Below are positions 49,537 to 61,500 of a stretch of DNA of 64,000 nt, one piece after another; the first letter of the stretch is position 1; each line of letters opens with the position of its first letter. This stretch comes from Balamuthia mandrillaris (taxonomy: Eukaryota): the NCBI GenBank assembly GCA_031835245.2, contig JAVKOQ020000022.1:1-64000 (forward strand), written 5' to 3'. Position numbers and translations under genes: made by a program. Under the pieces are notes generated by a model. That model was given only the letters and a program-made list of their open reading frames with translations, was not told where the DNA came from and searched no databases.

Positions 49537-52294
49537 TCAAAAGGCACCAGCCACGGCGGTGCTCACGCTGTGGTCGGTGGAGCGCACAGTAAGTTCCATG
49601 TTGACACCAGCGTCAGGCATGCGGACCATGCGAACCCGGACCAACACCTTAATCCCACCAAGGAAAGTTCCGCTCAGCAACAAGATATGCTTGTTGCGTT
49701 TGGCAGGCACACTGTCAGTACTGTCACATGGCTGCATCCCCAAAAAGCCAATTATTTCAGTGACGGCCTCTGTGAGGTTGTCATATCCAAGTTAGAAATA
49801 GCATGCACACCATTTGGGGGCAAAAAAGGAGAAGATGGAACCTTTAATGGTCTTCATGGTACTCAGGCTGAACTTTTCAACCACCTCGCACTCATCTCCC
49901 AGAGCTTCCCACTGTTCTTTGAAAGCGGTCTCGAATGTAGGTTTCATATAATCAGACACAGTGACCTCACTATCCTCCAGCTGGTACTCATCCTCATAGC
50001 CGCTTTCATCATCAGCTTCTTGAGTGTTGGCGTCCACATCTTTCACAATGAATTTGAGCGTGTTCGTGAAGGTGCCTAAAATTTGCAAGGTAAGTTGAAA
50101 AGGAATGCAAAGAAAATACAATGAAAGTCATCACGTACCAACAGGGAATGAGTTGGATGGGTGAGAAATACACGTGTAGCAGACTCCTGGGCTTTGGAAA
50201 ATGAGCTTGGGGGCTGGAATCTCGAACTCGGGGGTGAATTCTGGATTTGTTGTTTCCATCCTTACCGACACCTTTTCCAACAATTGATCGGGCAGGGTGT
50301 TGGTACAATTGAACTGTGGAAATTTGGTGGATAGTTGTTATCAAATCAGTCAAAGCAAAAATAAATGAGGTAAGAAGGGGATTAGACTTCACCTGAAAGA
50401 CGATATGATTGGCATAGATGTGTTTGACGCAGTTAACAACATATTCAGTTTCAGACTCAGTAAGTTCCGCAGGTTTAGTGGAATGGAAGCGAGCTCCCAG
50501 CTTGGTGAAGTGGGGAATAGCATTAAGCGCTTCATCGTAATCCTCGCCGATTGTTCGCCTGGCAGAACCCAGCTCAGGAGACGCGGCGGGCTTTTCGTCT
50601 TCCTTCTCAAGGGGAGTGGTAGGCACCATACTTATATCGAACGGAGTATCCGAGGGGTTTTTGATGTAGACCTTCAGTCCCTGTTCAAGGTTTTCAAGAG
50701 GCACAGCAAGTCCTTGGAAAGAAATAAGAATTAATGATAAACAAGCAAAGAAATAAGCAAAGATGAAATGCTAGTTACCATCTAAGATAAGCTGTTGGGC
50801 AAGTGCTTGGTCTTTTTCCAAGACTGTTAAATAAAAAGTGGCCCTGTCTCTGACTTCGTCATCATTGTCATGAAGGCATCTTTGCAAAAGTACAATGATG
50901 CTGGGCCTAAGATCGGGGAGAGCTACTCCGAACTTTGCCAAAGCGCCAACGGATGAAGCGCGCACGTTGGCGTTTTCCAGAAATACACGATTGTAGATGT
51001 AGCGAATGTACTTGGAGGGACAGGATGTGTTGGGACCTTCATTACCAAGTAGATGCAGAATTTTGGTAGAGAGCTGCGTGAACTCGCAATCCTCAATGAA
51101 TTCACAGAGATGGCTGAGGCCTGCTTCTTTTGAGTCGGGGAGTGCATTGATGATAGTTAAAACAGCATCAATGATGGCCTTTTTGTACTCAAAGCCTCCC
51201 TCATCTCGTAGCATATTGCTGAGGAAGTTCATCAACGTGCGGTGCTTTTGTGGATATTTGAGACAGAGTGTTTTGATTGCATCAACTACCACTATCTTAA
51301 ATTCGTCCGATATCTCTCCCATAAAGTTGGAAATCTGTTGCATCAAGCGGTCCACGCTGGCCTCGCTGCCCGTCTATAGCATCGTTAGCGGCAAGAAATA
51401 TTTATTGTTAAAAGATTCTAGAAGAAGAAGAAAGGTGAAATCCCCAATTTGAAAACATACCTTCAAGAGAGTTGTGATAGCTAGAGTGGCAATGCTTCTA
51501 TTCACATCCCCGATGAGATTCTCCATGTCAAGGTTACACGCGGTAACCGCAAGAGGATGCGTCATAGCAACCTGTTTCGGAAAAAGTGTGCGCTCTTTGT
51601 CAAAAACATGTTTTTGTTGTTGTTGTTGTTGTTTTTTTTTTTCGGAAAATAGTTTTTATGTGGATGACTTACTTTGTTAAGGGTTCTAACCGCAGCAAAG
51701 CGAAGTGTTGCCTTGGGAGAGCTCAAATACATCTGTAAAACTGGTAACGAGAACGTGTGGTCAGATGCGTAATCCATTACAAAACTTAACGGGAACGGGT
51801 TTGACAGGCCTGTGGCGAGTAATGGTTACCTGAAATGGAGGAAGTTAACTCTTTGGCAGTTACGTTGCGAAGCTCACAGATGCAACGAGCAGCTTCATAT
51901 GAGACCATCTCGCTCTTATGGCGAAGGCAACCCTCCAAATAGTCATAAAGTCTGCCACGCTCGCTAGTCATTTAATAAACTGAGTAAGTGTTTGGCGGAA
52001 AGTGATTGAGGTGAATCAAGTCATACGTAGGATCGGGTTCGTCCTCCATAACCTGGCAGGCGAATCGAATGAGCAGACAATGAGCGTAATTGGAACGTAT
52101 CGGATTTCTAGTCATTTCTGATACCAGCTTCGAGATAGCTAACCTATCATGGCGCCTGATATGGTGCAATAAACCCAATGCATGGTATTGGACCATTACT
52201 GATTTGCTCTTCAAAGCACTTTGAATTTCGCTAAACCAGCGTTTTACCTGACAGGTAGATTGAGAAGATAGACGTTCCAGTCATTTTGATGATT

Positions 52295-52330
<36 letters not shown>

Positions 52331-53183
52331 AACTTACGGTGTCCACTCCGGAAGGAGAGGCTCGCATAAGATGCACGCCAGAGACTAGTGCCGCACTTGC
52401 TACATATCCTTCTTTATCCACAATGGCTTGCTTCAAGTATCTCTCTGCTTGACTCAGCATCGAAATCTGTGTGAAGTAGTTAGTTAAATTTTTTGCGATG
52501 CAGGAAGACTGCTTCTCTGCGTACATCATTGATCTTGCAAAGCACACGCACAGCGTTGGCTCTGAATTAAGGTAATGCATCTTTGTTAGCTCCTTGGGTA
52601 CTACCAAACAGTAGCGAAGAAAAGAAAGAAAAGAAGAAAAAGAAAAGAAAAAGAAAAAGAAAAAGAAAAAGGAAAAGAAGAGGAAAAAACTCACTTGTAA
52701 ACGTCAACCTTGCTGTTCATGTCTTTGGTCAGACTGCTGATGACAATGATGACGTCCTCTGCCAAAGGCAACAGTTCTTTGAGAACCAGATACAGCATCC
52801 TTCTCAGCGGCACCTGTGGGAATAACACAAGAAAACTTGTAAGCTGTGCCCTGTGTCGATTCAATGGTGTGAAGAATGGAACGCACGTCTTTGGACTGAA
52901 AGAGTTTCGTGACAGAGAAAAATAGGTCGGTGGCCTCCTGCGTAGTGAGGTTTTCGCTTTGGGCGAGCAGATAAAGGATCTTGGTGAGCAGGTGGTAGCA
53001 CTTGCGAGGAACCAAAGGAGTCTCGTTGAACATGCGCTTCTCCTGCAGTACGATGCCCTTGTCCAAGTTTTGGAAAGGGATGTGCACTGTTTGAAGGTTA
53101 AAAAGCAAATACACAAAGCATGAAAAGTGGAAAGAGAAGCCAGTACTTTCATCGTCATCTTTCTTGTCTTGAAAAGAATTCAT
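49537..53183 (-). CDS. COPG1: Coatomer subunit gamma
   Basis: '[12 protein letters not shown]', '[13 protein letters not shown]', '[11 protein letters not shown]', '[10 protein letters not shown]', '[10 protein letters not shown]'; many introns. Confidence 0.97.
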
Positions 53184-53485
53184 GGCGAGAAGGCCCAAAA
53201 GTGGTTGCTGACTGATTGTTTGGTGAGTCTGGGCAAACGATGGCTGAGGTGCACAAGCAAGTACTACAATGTCACTGCAACTACCAGCACAAAAGAAGAA
53301 TAAAAAAGGGGGAGTGGGGCAGCAGCAGGAGGTGTGGTCGCTGTGGCTGGCTTTCCCTTTTGCAGCTTTTTTGTAATTTTTTTGTGGTGGTGGTAGGTGG
53401 CTGAAAAGGTGAGCCAAGGGGGAAGAGGAGGAGAGATTTTTGGCCCAAGTTTCTGAAAGCGACCCCTCAACCTACCCCCGGGCCC

Positions 53486-54207
53486 ATGACGACGTCACCG
53501 ACATCACCACTGCCGCCACGTCACTTGCAGGCAGAGGCCTGCTGTGGTGGTAAACAGCTGCTGCTGCAGGAACCCCCACCGGAAAAGGAGTTCCCTTCTC
53601 TTTTGTGCTGCACAAAACCAATGCTGCTGCCGCTGCTGCTGGGGGCAGTGCCAGTGGGGCTGCCAACCGGCACTGGAATGGCAATGGCAATGAGAACGAG
53701 GTTGGGAGTGGAGGCGGCCAAGACATCCCGTTTGTTGGGAAGGCAGCGCCCCTCCTTCCTGATGTTGAGTAGACACAACGTGGCTGCGGCTCGTGGTGTT
53801 GCGACAGTGCCGACCCTACGGGTGGTGGCAAATACAAGTCCTCTCTTTCGCTTTGAGCAACGACGTAACTTTACAGCGGCACCTCGTTCTTTTGAAGAGA
53901 TGCGAAACCGCTCTAATGTGAGCCTTGCCCCCCTCTTGCACTTCCCTATGCCTCCTCTTTGTCCTCTCATTAGTTCTGTATTTACTTCTTCTGATCTTTG
54001 TTGCTCACGGGACGTCCAAGTACGTACGCAGAAGGGTATTAATGTGGTGCGCTGCTGTTGCAGTATTTGGGGTGGGCGTTGGCGTACCCCTCGTAACGAT
54101 CATCGTTAAACGCTACGAGCAGAGCTCCTGGCCCACGCTGCCCGCTACCGTCATTTCTGTTGAAATGGACCCTTCCACCAACATAAGGGTTAGCTCTTCT
54201 GTCCTCT

Positions 54208-54250
<43 letters not shown>

Positions 54251-54776
54251 ACGAACAACATATGCAGAGAGTAACTTACCGCTACAAAATCTTCGGAAGA
54301 ACAGTGGAGAGAACACAAGAGGACTGGAACAATGCCCTCTTTGACAAGCTAAACGGAACTGTGCCCGATTACAAAGTGGGCAACGAGGTGAGGGTATGCT
54401 GCCATCCCAATAATCTCTCCCTATCTGTACTGAAGCCTGGCCGTATCAACCCTCCTTTGTACGCTTCCTCTCCTTATTCGTTCATGGTTGTAACGATGGT
54501 TGGTGGTGGTCGCATTCTCACCAAGTGGCATGTTTTGCGTGTAAAAGGGACTACTCGCACTTGGAAGGCACTGTTGTGGAAGAGGAGGATTGGATACCTA
54601 AGAAAGAAAGAGTGTTGCACGCACCTCTAGACCATCGCAAAAGAGCCCCAGTCATCTCTCTCGGTTCTCCTAAACAATCCGCACAAACATCGCCCTCCAA
54701 CTCACCAACCTCCCAGCAGCGGCAGAAAGCAAAACCAGCCACTAGTGAACATACTACCCCAACCTCCAACCAGTAG
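53486..54776 (+). CDS. DUF3592-like membrane protein with a possible mitochondrial presequence (start codon uncertain)
   Basis: TM helix, then 'WPTLPATVISVE...VTYRYKIFG...VGNEVRVCCHPNNLSLSVLKPG'; Arg-rich leader ending 'RRNFTAA'. Confidence 0.55.
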
Positions 54777-54934
54777 AAGAAAAGCATCCATTTTATAGAC
54801 TTAGCCAAAAATGCATTTAAAAGAGTGGTGCACCACCACGAAGCAAGAAGGAGGTGAACCCCCCCCCCCGTTCTAAAGAAACAATCATAACAAAAGGAAA
54901 TAACCAAAGTAGTGTTGGCCCTTCTCTTCGTCCT

Positions 54935-57900
54935 TTAAATTGCCTCTGTTTTGGCTCTTGCCCTTTTGGAGATGGCGTTTGGTTTCTTGGGGATGGTAGT
55001 TCCACCCTTCTTATTGTTGGTTGTGGTATCCGCGCCTTCTGCTTTTTTCTTTTTCTTTTTCTTCATGAGGCTGCTTTGGTCCACGGTAGTGCCTGATTCA
55101 ACTTTCTTTTTCTTCTTTTTCTTCTTTGCTTTGAGAGTGGAGGAATCTGCAGCAGTAGTCCCTCCATTTTCTTTCTTTTTCTTTTTCGTTTTGACCTTAG
55201 CACTGCCACTCTCCTCTCCGCATGCTGCCTTCTTTGGAGAGGCTTTCTTCTTGGCTTCTTTGCCATTCGTTGCAGTGGTTGCTTGCTTGGGCGATGAATT
55301 TTCGACAAGCTTTTTTTTCTCCGTTTTTCGTTCTTCCACTATCCGTTCTTGTACGGATTCTTGCTCATTACGGCCGCCAGTAGCACCCACTTTCTCCTCC
55401 TCCTCTTCATCGGATGTAGCGCACAGTAGATCAGCCACCATATCAGCACTGAGAACGGCAGGCATTTGGGCAGAGACCTGGTCCGAAGATGTCCCTTCCT
55501 TATCCTTCTGTTTCTCTTTCGCCTTGTTGTCACCGTTGACAGCTGCCTTCGCCGTGTCTGGTTGTGAATGTGATGCTGCAGCCCCAGAGTTTTGGTGAGG
55601 GAGCCATGGCAGATTGATAGGGATAGGCCCTCCTAAGTTCGATTCGATCTCAACAAGTGTGTCCAGGATTTCCTTCATTCCAGGACGATCCTTGGGGTCC
55701 ACATTCCAACAGTCCCTCATGAGAGCTGCGTAGGTTGGGTCGCAGTCCTCCGGAATGGTAAGCCCCTGTCCCCGCGCAACCGCACTCAATATCTGAAAGT
55801 TATGCATGCCCTGGAAGGGCGTCCTCTGCGTTAGGATCTCCCAAAGAATTATCCCAAAACTATATACATCAGCCGCCGGGCTGTACGGTCTGCAGTCCAA
55901 CACTTCCGGTGCCAACCTATCATCAACAGAGAATCAGTTATTCTTGCTCATGCTCAAGTGGACTTTTCTTTTTGTGGTTTGGAAAGGACAAAGTACCAAT
56001 TTAGAGTTCCCATTTTACTGTTAAAAGTCTCCAAGCTGTTTTCAAGGGCTTTGCTGATACCAAAGTCGGTGAGTTTAATATTGTACATGTCATCCACCAA
56101 CAAATTCAAGCTTTTTAAGTCCTATCAGAACGAAGTGAAATGTCATGGTTAGAAAAGAGAAATAACTGTTGAAAGTGGGGAAAAGGAGAGAGAGAGAGAG
56201 AGCGAGAGAGAGAGCGAGAGAGAGAGTAATAGCACGCTTGAAACTGACCCTATGCACAACAGGGGGAGAGCACAAATGAAGGTAAAGAAGCCCTCGGGCA
56301 GTGTCGCAAGCCATCTTTACCTTGAGTCTCCAAGGTAGGTTGGGCTCGTTGATCAAAACTTTGTGGAGGTCTCCCTTAGAGGCAAACTCAGTTATAAAAC
56401 AGATGTTCGGCTCTTTTAGGCAAGCACCAAGGAACAAAATAATGTTCGGGTGACGGAGCCTGCTCATGGTATGGATTTCTTTGAAGAAGGTGTCCATCTC
56501 TTTTTTTGACATCGTGGAAGAATGGATTTTTTTCATGGCAACTATTGTGCCCCGCCATTTGCTTTTGTAAACTGCACCAAATGCTCCCTTGCCAATGCAG
56601 TCACTTACTTCTAACTCGTTGTAATCTATTTCCCAATCATGCTTTTTCATCAGCATGTTCTTTTTTAACTGTAGACGGCAGCTGTGTTAAAAATCGTAAT
56701 AATAGGAGAAAGGGAGGAAGAGAGAGAGAATGAGCGAGGCGAGAGCAAGAGAAAGAATGTCTCCTAACCTCCGAGGCGGTCATCAAGTCAGTCGCGCTTT
56801 GCTGACTTACTTCTTGGGAAGGGGCAGGTGGTGTTTGCTCGGCTGCATCTAGCTCGGCGGCTTTTTCTGAAAATGGGATAACTACGTTAGTAAAAGAAAG
56901 AAAAGGTCAATAACCCAAAAGTTAGAAGAACCAAACTTGTGAGAAGCTCGTAGATGGACTGCTGCCCCGAATTCTTTGCAACGTCAATGGAAGTACCGTT
57001 AACACCACTGCCACCACGCGGGTCTATATCCAGCTCTAACAACATCTCCACCAATTCAATGCTCTTTGACATGACAGCGTAATGCATTACCGTTTCTCCG
57101 TATCTGGTTACAGGAGAGGAGGAGGAGGAAGAGAGAGAGAGAGAGAGAGAGAGTGTTAAAATGAGAGAGTGAGTACACATGAACAAATTTTTTAAAAAAG
57201 GAGAAAAAGAGAGCTATAATACAGACGTACTTGTTCGTCATATGAAGGTCAGCCTTGGCGTTGAGAAGTAGGAGCACCACTTCAGTGTTGCCTCTGAGGA
57301 TGGCATTATGAAGTGGAGTTTCGCCGTTTTTATTTTGCGCATTAATGTAGGCACCATTGGAAAGAAGATAAAGCAGCGCTTCCGAATAGGCTTTCATGTA
57401 CTCCTTACCAGGAACGTGACGCACAAAGTAATGCAAGGGCGTTGTTCCATCTTTGTTAGACGTTTTAACGTCCGCTCCAGCCTCCACTGTTGCGCATTGT
57501 GTGAGAGAGAGAGAGTGAGAGAGAGAGAAAGAAAGAAAGAAACGACAAGAAAGAAACGACAAGAAAGAAAGAAAGTAACGACTAGAAAGAAAGAAACGAC
57601 AAGAAAGAAACGACAAGAAAGTAAGAAACGACAAGAAGGAAAGAAACGACTAGAAAGGAAGAAGAAAGAAGAGAGCAGGTAACAAGAAAAAAAAGGGGAG
57701 GAGGTTGTAACGAACCCAATAGTTTGATGAGAGCAGGGTCAGCGCTGCTATTACAAACCAAATGAAGGGCAGTCCAGCCCTGGTTATCGCGCTCATTAAC
57801 GCTCGATTTTGCCAAAAGAAACTTGATGACGTCAAGGCGAGGCGGTTCTTGGCTGCAGGCTACGTGCAATAAGGTCTGTCCCTGCTCATCCTTTGCTGAA

Positions 57901-57974
57901 AAGTCCTTCTTGCCAAGTTTCTTCTTCAAGGTGGTAAGCGAGGGATCCCCATGTAAAAACTGGTGCACAGACAT
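54935..57974 (-). CDS. Ankyrin-repeat TKL-group protein kinase with a Lys-rich tail
   Basis: Ankyrin repeats 'GQTLLH/GWTALH/GTTPLH/GETPLH'; kinase motifs 'IGKGAFG', 'VAMK', 'HR|DLK', 'DFG', 'APE', 'DVYSFG'. Confidence 0.93.
57530..57670. repeat. Intronic tandem repeat of AAGAAACGAC(A/T)AGAA-like units
   Basis: Directly visible. Confidence 0.85.
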
Positions 57975-58502
57975 AATTCAACCGTTCGTAATTCGCCTCC
58001 CCTTCCTGCTATATATATTTCTTATATATTGAAACCTGCCCAAGGGAGGAGTTGGGGAGGCGCAGGTGGCAAGAGATTGTTGCCCCCTGCTGTTGAGGAG
58101 AAGGAAAAAGGGTAACTCTGGAAAGGAGGAAGCGAAGAAGAAGGGGCTCTTCTCTCTCTTGTCTCCCTTGTCTCCCTTGTCTCCCTTATCTCTCTAGTCT
58201 CTCTTGTCTCTTTTGCCACTTGCTCGGCGGTCGGGTGCCCCCCTATTAGGACAATTGGCAGACCTATGAGGAGGATCCAGCAGCGCGCAAGGCAGGGGAC
58301 GACATCCCCGACTGCCATCCCCTACGACCCCCCCTTCTGTTTTCTTCGTCTACCCCATAAGGAGGAGGAGGAGGAGGAAGAAAACACCAACACACCAAAG
58401 GGAAAAGCTGAAAAAAAAAAGGAAAAGGAAAGGAAGAAGAAAACAGAAGGGGGCACCACCCACACACAACCTTGGCCAAAGCAAGCAAGCTAGCTAGCAC
58501 GG

Positions 58503-61500
58503 ATGATGCAAGAGAAACCAACCACCGACGAAGAGGAGGAGGCGTGGTTCAAATCATTCGCCCAAAAGGAGGCCAACGTTAAGAAGCTGCTCCAACGTGT
58601 TGGGCAAAAGGACAAACCAAACGGAGCCACATTTACAGCAGAGCTCTTCAAGGAGCTCCACACTACTCAACAATTGCTGGAGGGCAGGAAGGCCACCAAA
58701 CCTCCTTCCTTTGAGCGTTATGAGACATTCAGCAAGCTTTTGGTGTCTCTCCTTGCCGACCAACCTGTAGTAACGAGCGCTCCTCCGTTGCGAGCCTTGA
58801 TCGCCTCTTGCCTAGAGCTGCTGTACCGTGGCAGCCGCCCTCAGCAGCTTTTCCCCTTGTTGGACACAGTAAATGACATGCTGGCGGCCAAGACTTCTTC
58901 TCTACCCTCCAAATTGTGCGTTCTCCTTTTTTCCCTTCTCATTTTTCACTCTCTGATCTTCCCCTTCTTCTCTGATCAACGATAGGATGTGTATTGATAT
59001 AATCAAGGAGATGGGGAGGAGCGGCTGGAGCTCTGGTGCTGGTGAGAACTTGGCTGGAGACTGCTTACAAGGCCTTATGCGAGCTACCCTGCAATCTTCC
59101 GCCACGCTGAAGGCCTATTCATTGGAGGCGCTATCCATATTGCTTCCTTGTTCTGCTCGTCTCTTGCCCAGCTCTGCGCATCGTCCCTTCTACAAACAGC
59201 TTCGCAGCTTCTTGAATGTTCGTCTCTTTCGTCTCCTTTTTATTTAAATATGCGGTTTGTATGCATATTAACGGAACATACAAAAGGATAAGTCAAGTGT
59301 AGTTCAGGAAGCTGCAGCCTTGTGTGTGAAGGCCCTATCTACATCGCTGAATCCATCCCAGCCAGATTTCGAGAAAATTTTAACCTCCCTTACTAAGGTA
59401 CCTTTCTGTCCTTTGAAGTACAAGGGAGAGAAGGAAGAGCTACGGAGAAGCAGGCAACTAATAATAAGCAATTGTAAAGCTACTGGCCTCGGGAATACTT
59501 GCGGTGCGACATACCTCAGCAAAGGCATTGGGGGGGCTACTTGCTTCTGCCGTTCAGCAACAAGCGCAACAAACAAACCAACAGCCCCAACAACAACCGC
59601 CACAGCACCAATCTTCTACAGAGGTAGCAGTGGCAGCAGTGGCAGCAGTAGCAGCCGTCGCGCCCTCTATTATCACTGCTTCTAGCAAGAAAACGCAGAT
59701 AGGCGACTCATGGACCTTAGCCAATGCTGTATCTTTTATAGTGTCTGCATTCGGCAAGGGTATGAATTTGCTCTATTTACTAATGAACGAAAATAACCTT
59801 CGCTCATCATTAGGTAATAGCGCTGACGCTCGAAATGGAGCAACACTTGCTCTCCACGCCTTACTGCGAGAAATGCCGGAGTCAGTCCTGTATTCTGAGT
59901 CTGGAATGACAGCCTTTGCTTATGGTGCCCTTAGGTTTGCAGAAAACACGAAGGTAAGGTCATGTTCTATGATCCTGTGGTGATGCAGCGACTGGAATCT
60001 CACGCATGTACTGCTATAAAGGCTTTCTCGTCCAAAGAGGAGTTACTGCACGCTGGGTCGTGTGCCCTTTTCATTCTGCGAAGAGGATTAGGAAAAGGCA
60101 TGGAAGAAAATCATCAGCAGCAATTACTCCAGATTTTGATGCAAGTCCTCAACCGGCCCAACGAAGAGAAGACATCTAACGCCATCAAGCCGAACGCTGT
60201 CATCGTGATCACGTGTCTTGCGGAGATATCCTATCTACTGACCGAACTTGGAGAGGGCGTTAGTCTTGTGCAAGACGAACTTTTGGAGAAGCTATTGCCT
60301 TTCCTCAGCCATCCCTCGACAAAGTTGCGGTTCATGGCGTCCTCGTGTTTGCACGCGTTGGCTACTGCCCTTCCCGATCGACTCACTTCCCTGATCAATA
60401 CATGCTTAAACCTTCTTACTAATACTCATGCCATGCTTGCTGCTGCCAAGCCAGATGTTGTCCAGAACGTACGCTTGTTTGAAATGTTTTATGGCGCCAT
60501 TATTTGAACGATCTATTTAAGCGCTTTTTTTTCCTGCACAGCACCTGGCAAGCTTGCAGGGTTACTCACTGGCGATTGCAACCCTCATCAGTGTTGTCCC
60601 TCAGACTCAGTATGGAATTCCTAGACCTGCCCTTAATTTTGCTTTGCAAACGGCCTTTGCCATTCTCTCGTTGGCACCACAGGCCAATGATCAAGGTTTG
60701 CCACTGCTATTGTCTCATTACTCGAACTTCCAATAATGTAATGCTTTTTTACAGTGAGTGCAGTGCGGTTGGAAAGCGGTTGGACTCTACTAGGGGCAAT
60801 AATGTCCTTGGGTCCACTCTTTGTAGAAGAGGAATTGCCAAGACTCTTGAATCTTTGGGAGGTTACTTTATCACTCCAGGTGTGTGCCCCGTCCTTATCC
60901 TATCCGCAAATGCTAATTTGTCTCCATAACCAACGTCTCAGTCAAACCCGACGAAAGAAAAGCCTTTAGATATTTTTTGCAAAGCTCGCAGCGCCCCTTT
61001 GTCTGCGTTTTGTGCATTTTTGACACGCTGCGGCAACCAAAAATGTGCAGATGGAACCGATCTTCTTTCCACTCGCTATAAAGTGATTGAAAGAATAGCT
61101 CCTCTTCTCCTTGAGCTAGTGTACGCTTTCTTTTTAAGATCTATCGTGATGCATTTCTGATTGAGCGCTTGTTAGCAATTTCATCTCCACTCCTAAGCAA
61201 AAGAGCCAGAACATAGCGACAGAAGCGGACAGCATTGCAGAAATGAATATTCATTTACAAGATGCCCTATGTCTCGTTCTTTCCTCTATTGCTCCTACAT
61301 CCCTGACGGTGATACTCCGCTATTCTTCCACATTATTGCTTCAAGGTCCTCTTTCCTCCTTGGCACAACCTCAACAACACCAACACACCACCTTGAAACA
61401 AGAGGACGCTATTCTGGAGCAATCTACCAACGACGAACCGGTATTCCGTACTCCTTTTTAAACAACCACTAACGCTTCAAGCTAATACGTCATATTACTT

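Noticed and set aside
58158..58207. (CTTGTCTCC)n repeat giving a 'RETRETRE' ORF
   Set aside because: Simple 9-bp tandem repeat in the divergent intergenic/UTR region.
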